The notes under the pieces were generated by a model, which saw only the letters and a list, made by a program, of their open reading frames with translations, did no database searches and was not told where the DNA came from. This document shows, one piece after another, positions 22,841-31,998 of a DNA stretch of 43,758 nt. Made by a program: the position numbers and the translations under genes. Each line of letters begins with the position of its first letter. The first letter of the stretch is position 1. Source of the stretch: an uncultured delta proteobacterium (GTDB lineage: Bacteria; Desulfobacterota; Syntrophobacteria; Syntrophobacterales; Syntrophobacteraceae); the NCBI GenBank assembly GCA_963808625.1, contig CAWEHK010000003.1, positions 1-43,758 of the forward strand. The letters run 5' to 3'.

Positions 22841-24434
22841 CTACCTTTCTATCATGACTCAATTGATTTCATTGAGGAAAAATGCAAATTCCTATACTAT
22901 CAAGTTACCATTTCGTAGGCTCCCTGGTTCCCACCCAACACCCGGATCTTCTCCAGATTTCAAGAGACGAGCTCCGATCACTGGCCGAAGAAGGGTTGCC
23001 TACCGTCTACGCGTACCGCACGACGAAGACCGTATTCGGCCGGAAGCGCACCATCGTGGTCACGTACAACGACAACCTCTTTGTCGCCCAAGCCAAAACA
23101 CTTCAGCGGGAGATCGCCAAACGATGCCAACGGCTTCGGGAACTGCATATGCACTTGGAGAGTTGGAGGGCCGGGCAACTGCGTGGAGGCAAAAAACCCA
23201 CCGTTGCCGCCACCGAGAAGAAGGTCAAGGCTTGGCTTAAAGCCAGGCACATGAAAGATCTCTTTAGCGTCGAGATTAGAGAGCGAGACGGCCTGCCGGA
23301 CGTCATTTGCCAGTTCAATAACGATGCCTGGGAGAACCTTCAAACCACCTTGCTTGGGAAAACCCTCCTGTTCACCGATAATGACCAATGGTCGGATGGC
23401 GAAATCGTCCGCGCCTATCGCTCGCAGTATCATGTCGAAGCAGCCTTCCGCGAGATGAAGAATCCGCACCACATCGCGCTACGCCCGCAGTATCATTGGA
23501 CCGATCAGAAGGTCCGCGTTCACGTGTTCACCTGTGTGGTAGCACTGATGTTGTTGAGCCTTTTGCGCCGGGAGCTACACCACAAGGGGATTAACCTGTC
23601 TACCCGACGAATCATCGAATCACTCAGCGAGATTCGGGAAATGACAATGTTCTTCCCATCTGAAAATGGGAAGGGCAAACCAATGATGAGGACCTCTCTC
23701 AGCACGATGACTAAGGAACAAAAGCAAATCTACCAAGCTCTCGATCTTGAGCGCTATACCAGTTAGGTCATACAAAAAATGGGCACTTTCTCCTTTAGGA
23801 ACAACTACTTACAGAATTAGCGCGGTAAAGTCGGGCTAGTGAGAAAGCATCGGGCATTGAAGGTTCTTTTCTACCTCTTGTTGGCGGGACTCGCCCTCTT
23901 GGGGGGACTCGTTCTCTTGGCGAAACTCGCTGCTCTCATGTCCTCGCGATAGGAAAGTTGCACCATATTTCTTCGTTGCAGGCATGCTAGTTTGGAGGCG
24001 ATGGACTCGGCAAAGAACCCGACACCAAATTTTCAAAAGAAGCTTCGTTTTTCCAAGTGCCGTAGGATAGGGCAAAAGTGAGGTGTAGCCCGTCAACCGG
24101 CGTTGTAATGCCTAACATCTATAGAGCCTCCGCTTGTCAAGGCAAAAACCTCCCCAAAGGAAAAATATATACATCTTCCGCTGACGCGTAGGGGGTGAGA
24201 GGGTCGCAGCAACTGTGTCGATCTGTCTTAGCTTCCGTGCGTCGGTTCCACGCGCCGTGCCTGCACCAAACATCTATCGAGGATCAGGCTGCTTGCTTGG
24301 AGAAGCAACCAAGGCAAGGAGAACTCGCATCAGGAGGCTCTCAGTAATCCCTGCACGACGTTCTGCATGATCCTCTCTGACAGGTGATTCAAGGTGCACG
24401 AGCGCCAATTCACCCGCATCCACCAACACCATTT

Positions 24435-24469
24435 TGTACAATTTGTAAAATTGTTTGACAAATTGTGCA
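24435..24469. promoter_or_regulatory. AT-rich inverted repeat (possible operator) upstream of the AAA pseudogene
   Basis: tgtacaatttgtaaaa-ttg-tttgacaaattgtgca, 14/16 match, contains TTGACA. Confidence 0.4.
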
Positions 24470-24489
24470 GGACGACGTAACCGGCGGTT

Positions 24490-25280
24490 ATAATTGGACG
24501 AACAGCACACGCTACGCTCATACGCCTGGCCAGGGGCTTTCCGGTCGTTGCCGTTACGGGACCGCGCCAGTCGGGGAAGACCACCCTTGCCAGGGCCGCT
24601 TTCCCTGACAAGCCTTATCTGTCTCTGGAAGATCCCGATACCCGACTCCTGGCCGAAAGCGATCCGCGCGGGCTTCTCTCCCGCTTCCCCGACGGTGTCA
24701 TCCTGGATGAAGCGCAACGGGTCCCAGGGCTCTTCTCCTACCTGCAGACGAAGGTCGACGCCAACCTTCACCCCGGCACCTACGTGCTGACCGGTTCGCA
24801 GCAGTTCGGCCTCCTGATAGGCATTACGCAGTCTCTGGCCGGCCGGGTCGGGATGGTGCAACTCCTGCCCTTTTCCCTCGCCGAACTGCAGCGGGCGGGC
24901 AGGCTCCCGCCAGACCTCGACAAACTTGTGTTCCGCGGCTCTATCCTCCTCTCTATGACCGTGACATGACTCCCGGCGACTGGTGTGCCGGTTATGTCAG
25001 CACCTATGTTGAGCGCGATGTCCGCCAACTCATCGCGGTGCGTGACCTGTCGGCGTTTCAGCGGTTCCTCAGGATGTGTGCAGCCCGTACCGGACAACTC
25101 CTGAACCTCTCATCTCTGGCGGCCGGCCTCTACGTCGCCCTTTACTGCCTCGGCGGTTGCGCCGGCTCGGTTCTTCCCGGTTTTCTATGGAAGCAAACGG
25201 GATGGTTCGGGTGCGTGGCAATGATCGTCAGCATGCAGGTTATCACCGTCCTGATTGCCAATAAATTGTGGCAAGACTGA
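24490..25280 (+). pseudogene. Chimeric remnant: AAA_14/DUF4143 ATPase 5' part fused to an MFS transporter C-terminus
   Basis: TGPRQSGKTT, ILDEAQR, LTGSQQ, ESLAGR-like and TYVERDVR motifs, then GLYVALYCLGGCAGSVLPGFLWKQTGW (YnfM-like last helices). ATA in place of ATG; frameshift near 24940. Confidence 0.8.
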
Positions 25281-25493
25281 TTGCCCACCTAATCCCCGTT
25301 GCATCGCGACGAGCAGACTTCTTGACCTGTCTCGGCAGATTCTTTATCGTAAGTTCACCGGCAAAAACACTGACTCTCAATCCTGATTACTGTTTCTTGG
25401 TGCTGTCATTGATGAGGAAGCGCCTGCAGGCGGGAAGCGGGACACGGCGGCTTTCCCCTGGGGGACTCTTCACCAATCGAGGAGAAAAACCTG

Positions 25494-25754
25494 GTGAAAC
25501 GGTTAAGAAATCTTCTGCGGCAGGCGGAGTTCCAGACCCTGCTGTTCATCCTCGGTTTTGCTCTGCTCAATTGGCCGTTTCTCGGCATATTTCGGTCGAA
25601 GCGGCCAGAGGTCCTCCTGGTCTACCTCTATTTCCTCTGGGCCATTGGCATCTTCCTCCTGTTTCTGGTGAGCAGATTCGGCGATGAGCCTGCCTCGCGG
25701 GACAACGAAGAGCAAGCGGAAGGACCACCGTGCTTGATTCGGGGATGGTGCTGA
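25494..25754 (+). CDS. Small 2-TM partner of the symporter-kinase
   Basis: LLNWPFLGIF..LYFLWAIGI pattern; overlaps the kinase start. Confidence 0.7.
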   Translation: MKRLRNLLRQAEFQTLLFILGFALLNWPFLGIFRSKRPEVLLVYLYFLWAIGIFLLFLVSRFGDEPASRDNEEQAEGPPCLIRGWC

Positions 25755-28700
25755 CCGTATTCTGCCTGTATCTGGCGTGCCTCTTCCTCATCGCCCTGTG
25801 GGTGGAGCGGAAAGCGGCAGCAGGCAAAAGCCCGGCCAACAACCCCTACGTCTATTCCCTCTCCCTGGCGGTGTATTGCACGGCCTGGACGTATTACGGA
25901 AGCGTCGGCCAGGCCGCCACCTCAGGGCTTCTCTTCCTGCCCATGTACCTTGGCCCGACGCTCGCCATCATGCTCTGGTGGTCCATCCTGCGGCGACTGG
26001 TTCAGCTCAAGAACAGCCGTCGGATCACCAGCATCGCCGATTTTATTTCAGCCCGCTACGGGAGGTCCCAAGCCCTTGCCGCCATGGTCACCATGATCGC
26101 GCTGGTGGGCATCACACCCTATATCGCGCTTCAGCTCAAGGCGATTATTTCCACCTTCGAAATCATCACCGCTGCCGGCACCACGTCCTGGGTCCGGGCC
26201 GATGTTGGTCCGGTGGTCGTGGTGCTCATGGTGGTCTTCACGATCATTCTCGGCGTAAGGCGGCTGGATCCCACCGAACGGCACGAAGGCATGATGATGG
26301 CCCTGGCGGTGGAATGCGTCGTCAAACTGCTGGCCCTTCTTACCGTCGGCATCTTTGTGACCTACTTCATGAACGACGGCTTCAGTGACATCTTCCGGCG
26401 GCTCTCAGAAAGTCCCTTTCATAATCTCCTCGAATTTGGGAAGCAGGATGCCGCTGCCTATGTTACGTGGGCAGGCTACCTTGTGCTTTCCATGTCGGCG
26501 ATCCTCTTTCTCCCGAGGCAGTTTCATGTGGCGGTGATCGAGAACCACGACGAAAAACACATCCTGACGGCCATGTGGCTCCTGCCGCTCTACCTCCTTC
26601 TGATCAGCATGTTTGTCCTCCCGATTGCCGCGGGCGGCTTGCTCGACGGCCAGCCGCTTTATGACGCCGACACCTTTGTTTTGCGCATCCCGCTTCAGCA
26701 TGGCAAACCCTGGCTCTCTCTCCTGGTCTTCATCGGCGGCTTTTCCGCCGCTGCCGGTATGATCATGATCTGCTCGGTAACGATGGCAACCATGATCACC
26801 AACCATCTTCTGCTGCCTCTGGTGCAATGGGTTCGCTGGCTGGCTTTCGTGAAGCGCCATCTCCTGAAATGCCGGTGGGGCGCCGTGGCCGGCTTCATTG
26901 TCATCGGTTACTGGTTCGAGGAGCGCATTGGTGAATCCTACATGCTGGTCAATATCGGCCTCATTTCTTTTGCCGCCGTGCTTCAGTTTGCTCCGGCCAT
27001 TCTGGGAGGCCTTTTCTGGCGGCGGGGGAATAAAGCCGGCGCGATCCTCGGCCTCGCCGGGGGGTTTGCCGTATGGTGCTACACCCTGCTCGTGCCATCT
27101 TTTGTCAAGAGCGGCTGGGTCACCTCTGCGCTGCTCGAAAAGGGACCGTGGGGAATAGCGCTCCTCAAACCGGAGGAACTCTTCGGCCTGACGGGATTCA
27201 ATCCTCTGAGCCACGCCGTCCTCTGGACCATGCTCTGCAATATCGGTCTTTATGTCGCGGGCTCCCTTTACTCCTGGGAAGGGGACGAGGACCGGAGCCT
27301 TGCCGAAGAGTTCGTCGGGGTTCTCGAGACGACAGCTCCCCTGCGCCGTGCCCGCCGCAGGGACGTTTACATCGAGCTGGCTCCCAAGAAAAACGAAATC
27401 GAGAAGGTCCTTTGCCAGTATTTTGCCGAACCGGAGACGGAGGCCATGGTTGAAAGGTGCCTCATCGAGACGGGAGTTCATAGCGCAGAGCAGATTTCGA
27501 TTGTTCAGCTGGTCGAGCTGCATAACAAAGTGGAGCGCTCCCTGGCCGGGGCCATCGGGTCGGCGGCCGCTCACAAGGCGTTGCAGCAGGGGACGATATT
27601 CACGCCCAGGGAAGCTCGGGAGCTGTCGGAAGTTTACAGTGAGATCCTCGCGGACCTGAAGGTCCTGCCGAGCGAGCTGTCAGAGCGAATCGACTACTAC
27701 CAGGAAAGGGAAAGGCTCCTCCTCCAGCAGGCCAAAGAGCTGGAACAGAAGGTCGATGAGCTGCGCAAGCAGATCCGGAAGCGCAAGCAGGCGGAGGTGG
27801 CGCTCCGGGAATCGGAAGCGCGCTATCGAACGCTGGTCGAAAGCACTTCGGACGCCATTCTGCTGGTGGACAAAGAGCGCATGATCGTTTCCGCCAACCA
27901 GGCGTTCCTGGATCTTTTCGGCTACGAACGCACGGAACTCGAGAGGCAGTCGATACGGATCGTTCATCCTTCGGAAGAGAGCTTCATCGCCTTCGGGAAA
28001 AGGGCTCATTCGGCGGTCGCCACCGAAACTCCCTTCTGGACGGAGTGGAACCTCGTCCGCAGGGATGGAACCATCTTCCCCATTGAGGGGTCATACTCGG
28101 CGATCAGAGGCCCTGACGGTTCACCGGCGGCTTATGTTGCCATCATCAGAGACATCACCGAACGGAAGAAGGCGGAAGAAGAACTGAAGAACTATCGCGA
28201 TCACCTCGAGAACATGGTCAAGGAACGGACCCTGCAACTCGAGGCGGCTCAGAAGGCCCTGGTGCAGAAGGAAAAACTCAAAACCCTGGGCGCCATTGCG
28301 GCGGAGGTGGCCCATGAAATACGAAACCCGCTCATGTCCGTGGGTGGCTTTGCCATGCGTCTCCAGAAGAAATTTCCGGACCTCCCCGAAGTCGCGATCA
28401 TTCTGGAGGAATCCAGGCGCCTGGAAAAAATCCTGGACCGCATCAGGGACTATCTCCGGCCGGTGGAAATGCGCTCCCGGGAATGCTCCGTGAACACCGT
28501 GGTCGCCGAAAGTGTGGGTTTGCTCGCCCCCGACCTCGAACGGGAAGGCGTCGTCTGGCAACTGGATCTTGCCCCCGATCTGCCTCCCGCGCTGGTCGAC
28601 CCCGACATCCTGGCCGAGGTTTTCAATTACGTCATCACCCATACCGCAAAGGTCATGGATAAGCAGGGAGTCCTGATCATACGGACCTATGAAACCGAGC

Positions 28701-28954
28701 AAAACATCCAGATCGACTTTCGCAGCCCGGTCCCGGTCGAGAAGCCCATCAAAGATCCCGAACGATTGCTGCTCCCTTTCGAAGAAGGCGAAGCAATCGG
28801 CGGAGTGCCGCTGAGCTACCGCCTCCTGAAGGCCATGGGCGGTCTTCTCTCCTTCACCCAGGAAGGCCGCGACATGCTCTTCACCGTCTCCCTGCCCCGA
28901 GTCCCCGAGTCGGATACGGACACGCCGAAGAGCCCTGCGGGATTGCGGACTTGA
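25730..28954 (+). CDS. Na+/solute symporter (SLC5)-STAC-PAS-histidine kinase (CbrA/CrbS-like architecture)
   Basis: SLAVYCTAWTYYGSVG, LPRQFHV, LAGAIGSAAA (STAC-like), PAS ending RDITERKKAE, H-box AHEIRNPL. Confidence 0.92.
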   Translation: MLDSGMVLTVFCLYLACLFLIALWVERKAAAGKSPANNPYVYSLSLAVYCTAWTYYGSVGQAATSGLLFLPMYLGPTLAIMLWWSILRRLVQLKNSRRITSIADFISARYGRSQALAAMVTMIALVGITPYIALQLKAIISTFEIITAAGTTSWVRADVGPVVVVLMVVFTIILGVRRLDPTERHEGMMMALAVECVVKLLALLTVGIFVTYFMNDGFSDIFRRLSESPFHNLLEFGKQDAAAYVTWAGYLVLSMSAILFLPRQFHVAVIENHDEKHILTAMWLLPLYLLLISMFVLPIAAGGLLDGQPLYDADTFVLRIPLQHGKPWLSLLVFIGGFSAAAGMIMICSVTMATMITNHLLLPLVQWVRWLAFVKRHLLKCRWGAVAGFIVIGYWFEERIGESYMLVNIGLISFAAVLQFAPAILGGLFWRRGNKAGAILGLAGGFAVWCYTLLVPSFVKSGWVTSALLEKGPWGIALLKPEELFGLTGFNPLSHAVLWTMLCNIGLYVAGSLYSWEGDEDRSLAEEFVGVLETTAPLRRARRRDVYIELAPKKNEIEKVLCQYFAEPETEAMVERCLIETGVHSAEQISIVQLVELHNKVERSLAGAIGSAAAHKALQQGTIFTPREARELSEVYSEILADLKVLPSELSERIDYYQERERLLLQQAKELEQKVDELRKQIRKRKQAEVALRESEARYRTLVESTSDAILLVDKERMIVSANQAFLDLFGYERTELERQSIRIVHPSEESFIAFGKRAHSAVATETPFWTEWNLVRRDGTIFPIEGSYSAIRGPDGSPAAYVAIIRDITERKKAEEELKNYRDHLENMVKERTLQLEAAQKALVQKEKLKTLGAIAAEVAHEIRNPLMSVGGFAMRLQKKFPDLPEVAIILEESRRLEKILDRIRDYLRPVEMRSRECSVNTVVAESVGLLAPDLEREGVVWQLDLAPDLPPALVDPDILAEVFNYVITHTAKVMDKQGVLIIRTYETEQNIQIDFRSPVPVEKPIKDPERLLLPFEEGEAIGGVPLSYRLLKAMGGLLSFTQEGRDMLFTVSLPRVPESDTDTPKSPAGLRT

Positions 28955-29004
28955 TGACGAGGTCGGGAGACTTTGAGAGGGTTGGGCCAAGCTTTGAGCT
29001 TGCG

Positions 29005-29408
29005 CGTACATAAACCTTGCGAAGTCAGCCCATTTCGCCTAATTTTCGGGTTCTTGCAACTGCCATGGAAGTGGAGCGACCCTGCTATCGCCCATGAACG
29101 CATTTGACCAACGCCTTTCCCGTATCTTTCGCTTCGCCCAACGCTTCGGCACCGGGCTAAAAACTGGAACCGAAACAGAGGCCCATCTGAGTATGGGCCT
29201 GCGTCGCTGAAGAATGCGGCTTTAGGAAATCTAATATGCGGTTTTCTGAGTATCACACCATTTGTAACGATACCAAGAAGTGATGGATTCGTAGAAAGTC
29301 CCAAAATGGGCATTTTGCGGAACCTAACACGTTGAATTTATTAGATGCCACTTTGCAAAAAATGACTTTTTACGAGACCATCAAGAAGTGGACAATCATT
29401 TGTTGGGT
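29005..29408 (+). other. Conserved non-coding leader ending in an attI-like site (copy B, empty, MITE-interrupted)
   Basis: Homologous to 14605-14959; ends tggacaatcatttG/TTGGGTACAA, matching the sequence after the attC of copy A (GTTGGGCACAA). Confidence 0.7.
29281..29383. mobile_element. MITE, 103 bp
   Basis: TIRs TGATGGnnTCGTAnAAAGTC (17/20), AGAAG target duplication; removing it restores ungapped alignment with copy A. Confidence 0.85.
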
Positions 29409-29458
29409 ACAACTGAATGAACAGGTGAGGAGGTGGATGCGGAAATGAAACGAGGCAA

Positions 29459-29556
29459 TCGGGCAGGGTCGGACCAAGTCGGGCAGTCGGGCAGGGTCGG
29501 AATCGGGCAGTCGGGCAGGGTCGCCAAGCGGGCAGTCGGGCAGGGTCGGACCAAGC
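29459..29556 (+). repeat. Stuttered TCGGGCA repeats interleaved with GGGTCGGACCAAG element-end pieces
   Basis: Seven (t)cgggca copies alternating with full or truncated gggtcggaccaag. Confidence 0.8.
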
Positions 29557-29670
29557 CAACTGGTTGAATCAACATATACAACACCTGTCGACAGGGAGTT
29601 TTTCTCAGCTTAGAGCCACCATTTAGCAGTCAAAATGACCCAGCTAAGCGGGAGTGGGGAGCTGGAAAGC

Positions 29671-29832
29671 ATGCCAGAAGCAGATCGGCATTATATACCG
29701 GGCAAAGTGCGGCACATCACCCATCGTTGTCACAGGAAGGAACTCCTCCTGAGGTTTGCCGAAGATCGGCAGAAATGGCTCGACTGGCTGATCGAGGCCA
29801 AGTAACGGTATGGGGTCGTCATCCTCAACTAC
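29671..29832 (+). pseudogene. RAYT/IS200-like HUH transposase 5' fragment
   Basis: MPEADRHYIPGKVRHITHRCHRKELLLRFAEDRQKWLDWLIEAK*RYGVVILNY. Confidence 0.82.
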
Positions 29833-30018
29833 AAGTCGATCGCTGACGACCCCGAGGTCGCCAGCATCGAAATCAGCCCAAACATAACTGCAGAACTCAA
29901 CGAGAAGGGTGAACTCATCGGCATTGAGATTCTGAACACAAGTACCTACGTGCGGGATGCAATTTTGGAATCTGTCCAGGCCAGGATGCTCCAACTCTCG
30001 GAAGCCAAAAGCGCTTGA
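29833..30018 (+). pseudogene. DUF2283-like protein 3' fragment
   Basis: SIEISPNITAELNEKGELIGIEILN..SA*, in frame with the transposase fragment. Confidence 0.7.
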
Positions 30019-30113
30019 TGGGGTGATTGCTGTCGCGATGCTCTGATCATATTGTCTTTTTCGAACAGGATGGCTTCTCTCCCAATGAATGCCTTTTATT
30101 CCTTCATTATACT

Positions 30114-30262
30114 CAGGGGGCGTCCAAGAATAGAGGGCCTTCTTTTACCACGAAGAATACGAAGAGCACGAAGTGATTTCTTCGTGCTCTTCGCGCTCTT
30201 CGTATTCTTCGTGGTTCAAAAAAGGGTTGAAATGGGTGCAAGCTATTTCCGGACGGTTTCTA
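30114..30262. mobile_element. MITE with internal CACGAAG-type palindromic repeats (copy 1)
   Basis: Near-identical to 41497-41636; imperfect TIR around gtccragaatag / ytatttyyggac. Confidence 0.75.
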
Positions 30263-30330
30263 AGGATCGGCAGAAATGGCTCAACTGGTTGTTTGAGGCC
30301 AAGAAGCGTTATGGGCTCATCATTCTCAGT
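30262..30330 (+). pseudogene. Third RAYT-like transposase fragment
   Basis: KDRQKWLNWLFEAKKRYGLIILS. Confidence 0.7.
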
Positions 30331-30381
30331 CAGCGCCGCGGATGGCCTGCACCTACTGATTCTCATGAGAGGAGCGAACGT

Positions 30382-31626
30382 ATGCGAACCAACAGTATGC
30401 TTCAAAGATTGCAAAGGCCGCAGTTCTTCTGCTTACTGATGGTGATTTGCATGATGTTAACGATCACGAATACGGCAAGCGCGGCGGATATCAATCCGGA
30501 GATTCCGCTAATGGTCAAAGGGGTCGAGGGCGAGTTTGCCCTTTACCATACGATCAAGGTTCAAGTCGAGAATCTTGAAAAATGGGTCGGACAGCCGGGC
30601 CATGATCCTTCTAAGTTTACCCTCTATGTTGATGGGAATGCCTTCAACGGCCTTAGTCCATCACTCATTGATAACAATACAAAACTACAATTTGACCTCA
30701 AGCGCACACCTGAGTCCAAAGATGCGTGGACGGCCGTCTTAAGTAGAGGGCCAAGGGATTTCAGCCGTAATGTGCCCGTCACCGTGCGCCAGGAAGGCGT
30801 TAAAGTGCAGGGTGAAGCGATGGCCAGTCTCATCGTGATAAATTTGTTTTGGTTCAAGATATTCGTGGGCTGCTTCACGGCAGCCATCGCCCTGTTTTGG
30901 TGGCTGGCATACCGGAGTGACATCATTCGCGATCCTGGTCCCCAACCAAAGGGAAATAATAAAGAGGGTAAGCCAAACCGAAAGCCTTATAGTCTCGCCC
31001 GCACCCAGATGGCTTTTTGGTTCTTCATAGTCATTATTGCCTATGTGTTCATATGGATGGTGACAAGTGATCTCTCCAATTTGACACCATCAGTGCTGGG
31101 ACTTATAGGCATCAGCGCGGCCACAGGCTTAAGCGCTGCCATCGTGGATTCAAGTAAGCGGAGCGATCAAGAGAATCAACGACGAATTCTTGAAGAGAAA
31201 GCGACGAGCGACGAGGTTGAAGCAGAAAAACTTCGAAGCAAGATAAGCACGCTCAATAGCGCAATCAATGCGACCCCTCCTCCCGCAGACATGGCCGATC
31301 AAAAAGCGGCAATGGCAGCCAAACAAGCAGAACTGGCAGCCAAACAAAAAGAGATTGAGCACACGAATACGAAGATTCAGGAAATAGCTGATGCAACACA
31401 ACCCACCGCCTCGAAGCGTTTTATCGACGATATACTCAGCGACGATGAAGGGGTCAGCTTTCACCGTTTTCAGATATTTGCCTGGACTATCGTGTTAATT
31501 TTCATCTTCATTGCGTCAGTATACAATGCTCTGGCCATGCCGGATTTCGATGCGACCTTGCTGGCTCTGATGGGGATTAGCGGCGGAACCTATATCGGCT
31601 TTAAGCTGCCCGACCAACAGGGCTGA
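30382..31626 (+). CDS. Uncharacterised membrane protein with signal peptide, ectodomain, duplicated TM motif and coiled coil
   Basis: AGGAG RBS; two SxxRxQxxxW..LxLxGIS repeats separated by a charged helical segment. Confidence 0.8.
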   Translation: MRTNSMLQRLQRPQFFCLLMVICMMLTITNTASAADINPEIPLMVKGVEGEFALYHTIKVQVENLEKWVGQPGHDPSKFTLYVDGNAFNGLSPSLIDNNTKLQFDLKRTPESKDAWTAVLSRGPRDFSRNVPVTVRQEGVKVQGEAMASLIVINLFWFKIFVGCFTAAIALFWWLAYRSDIIRDPGPQPKGNNKEGKPNRKPYSLARTQMAFWFFIVIIAYVFIWMVTSDLSNLTPSVLGLIGISAATGLSAAIVDSSKRSDQENQRRILEEKATSDEVEAEKLRSKISTLNSAINATPPPADMADQKAAMAAKQAELAAKQKEIEHTNTKIQEIADATQPTASKRFIDDILSDDEGVSFHRFQIFAWTIVLIFIFIASVYNALAMPDFDATLLALMGISGGTYIGFKLPDQQG

Positions 31627-31998
31627 CCTAACTTCATTTGCATAAGCACAGCCTTGTTGAGCGACCGGTGCGGTCCGACCCATGGCCTTGCACCAGGGCC
31701 GCACAAGCGAATTCCTTAAGGTTCCATCAAGGTTCGGCGCACGGCCCGGTGAACCGGCCGTTCATGCCGGCGCTTAGGCCTCGGCGTGAATCGCGGCGCC
31801 AGACTTCGTCAAGTGCTTTGCCCGGCGCGTAAGCGCGGGAGAAAAAGGCACTTGACCCGACTGCGCTCGCTGGATGCTCGCAGACAATCCGGCTCCCTTC
31901 CTCCGTGCTCGCAGGTCATCACCGCGATTCGGCGAAGAAACTCTTCGTGTACCTTCGTGTCCTTCGTGGTCAGGGAAAAATCCCGTGCGTCAACCCGA

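Larger units (their letters stand above)
21360..22900 (-). mobile_element. IS91-family rolling-circle element
   Basis: Right end AAATTCCTATACTAT followed by CAAG (IS91 ori-like end and target); small hairpin gcccttcgggc at the left end; no TSD. The left boundary is uncertain by ~3 nt. Confidence 0.8.
20513..23766 (+). pseudogene. IS1634-family transposase split by an IS91-like element
   Basis: N-part LFDATN, GKSKEGR, IFDKGNNS (to ~21359); C-part YHFVGSL..YRSQYHVEAAFREMK..RPQYHWTDQKVRVH (from ~22901); the two parts rejoin in frame. Confidence 0.88.
20324..23835 (+). mobile_element. IS1634-family insertion sequence
   Basis: Perfect 15-bp TIRs CCCGACTTTACCGCG, CTAG duplicated on both sides, internal DDE transposase. 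Confidence 0.9.
19810..23952 (+). pseudogene. TIR-domain protein with C-terminal TM helix, interrupted by IS1634
   Basis: MFLSYRRDDSAGYAGRL..FMDIETIEPG..VRVEI. Removing 20324-23839 restores ..PPPLVRKHRALKVLFYLLLAGLALLGGLVLLAKLAALMSSR* (208 aa). Confidence 0.85.

Noticed and set aside
30052..30381. N-terminal extension of the 524-aa ORF
   Set aside because: It is chance read-through of a MITE and a transposase fragment; the RBS supports a start at 30382.
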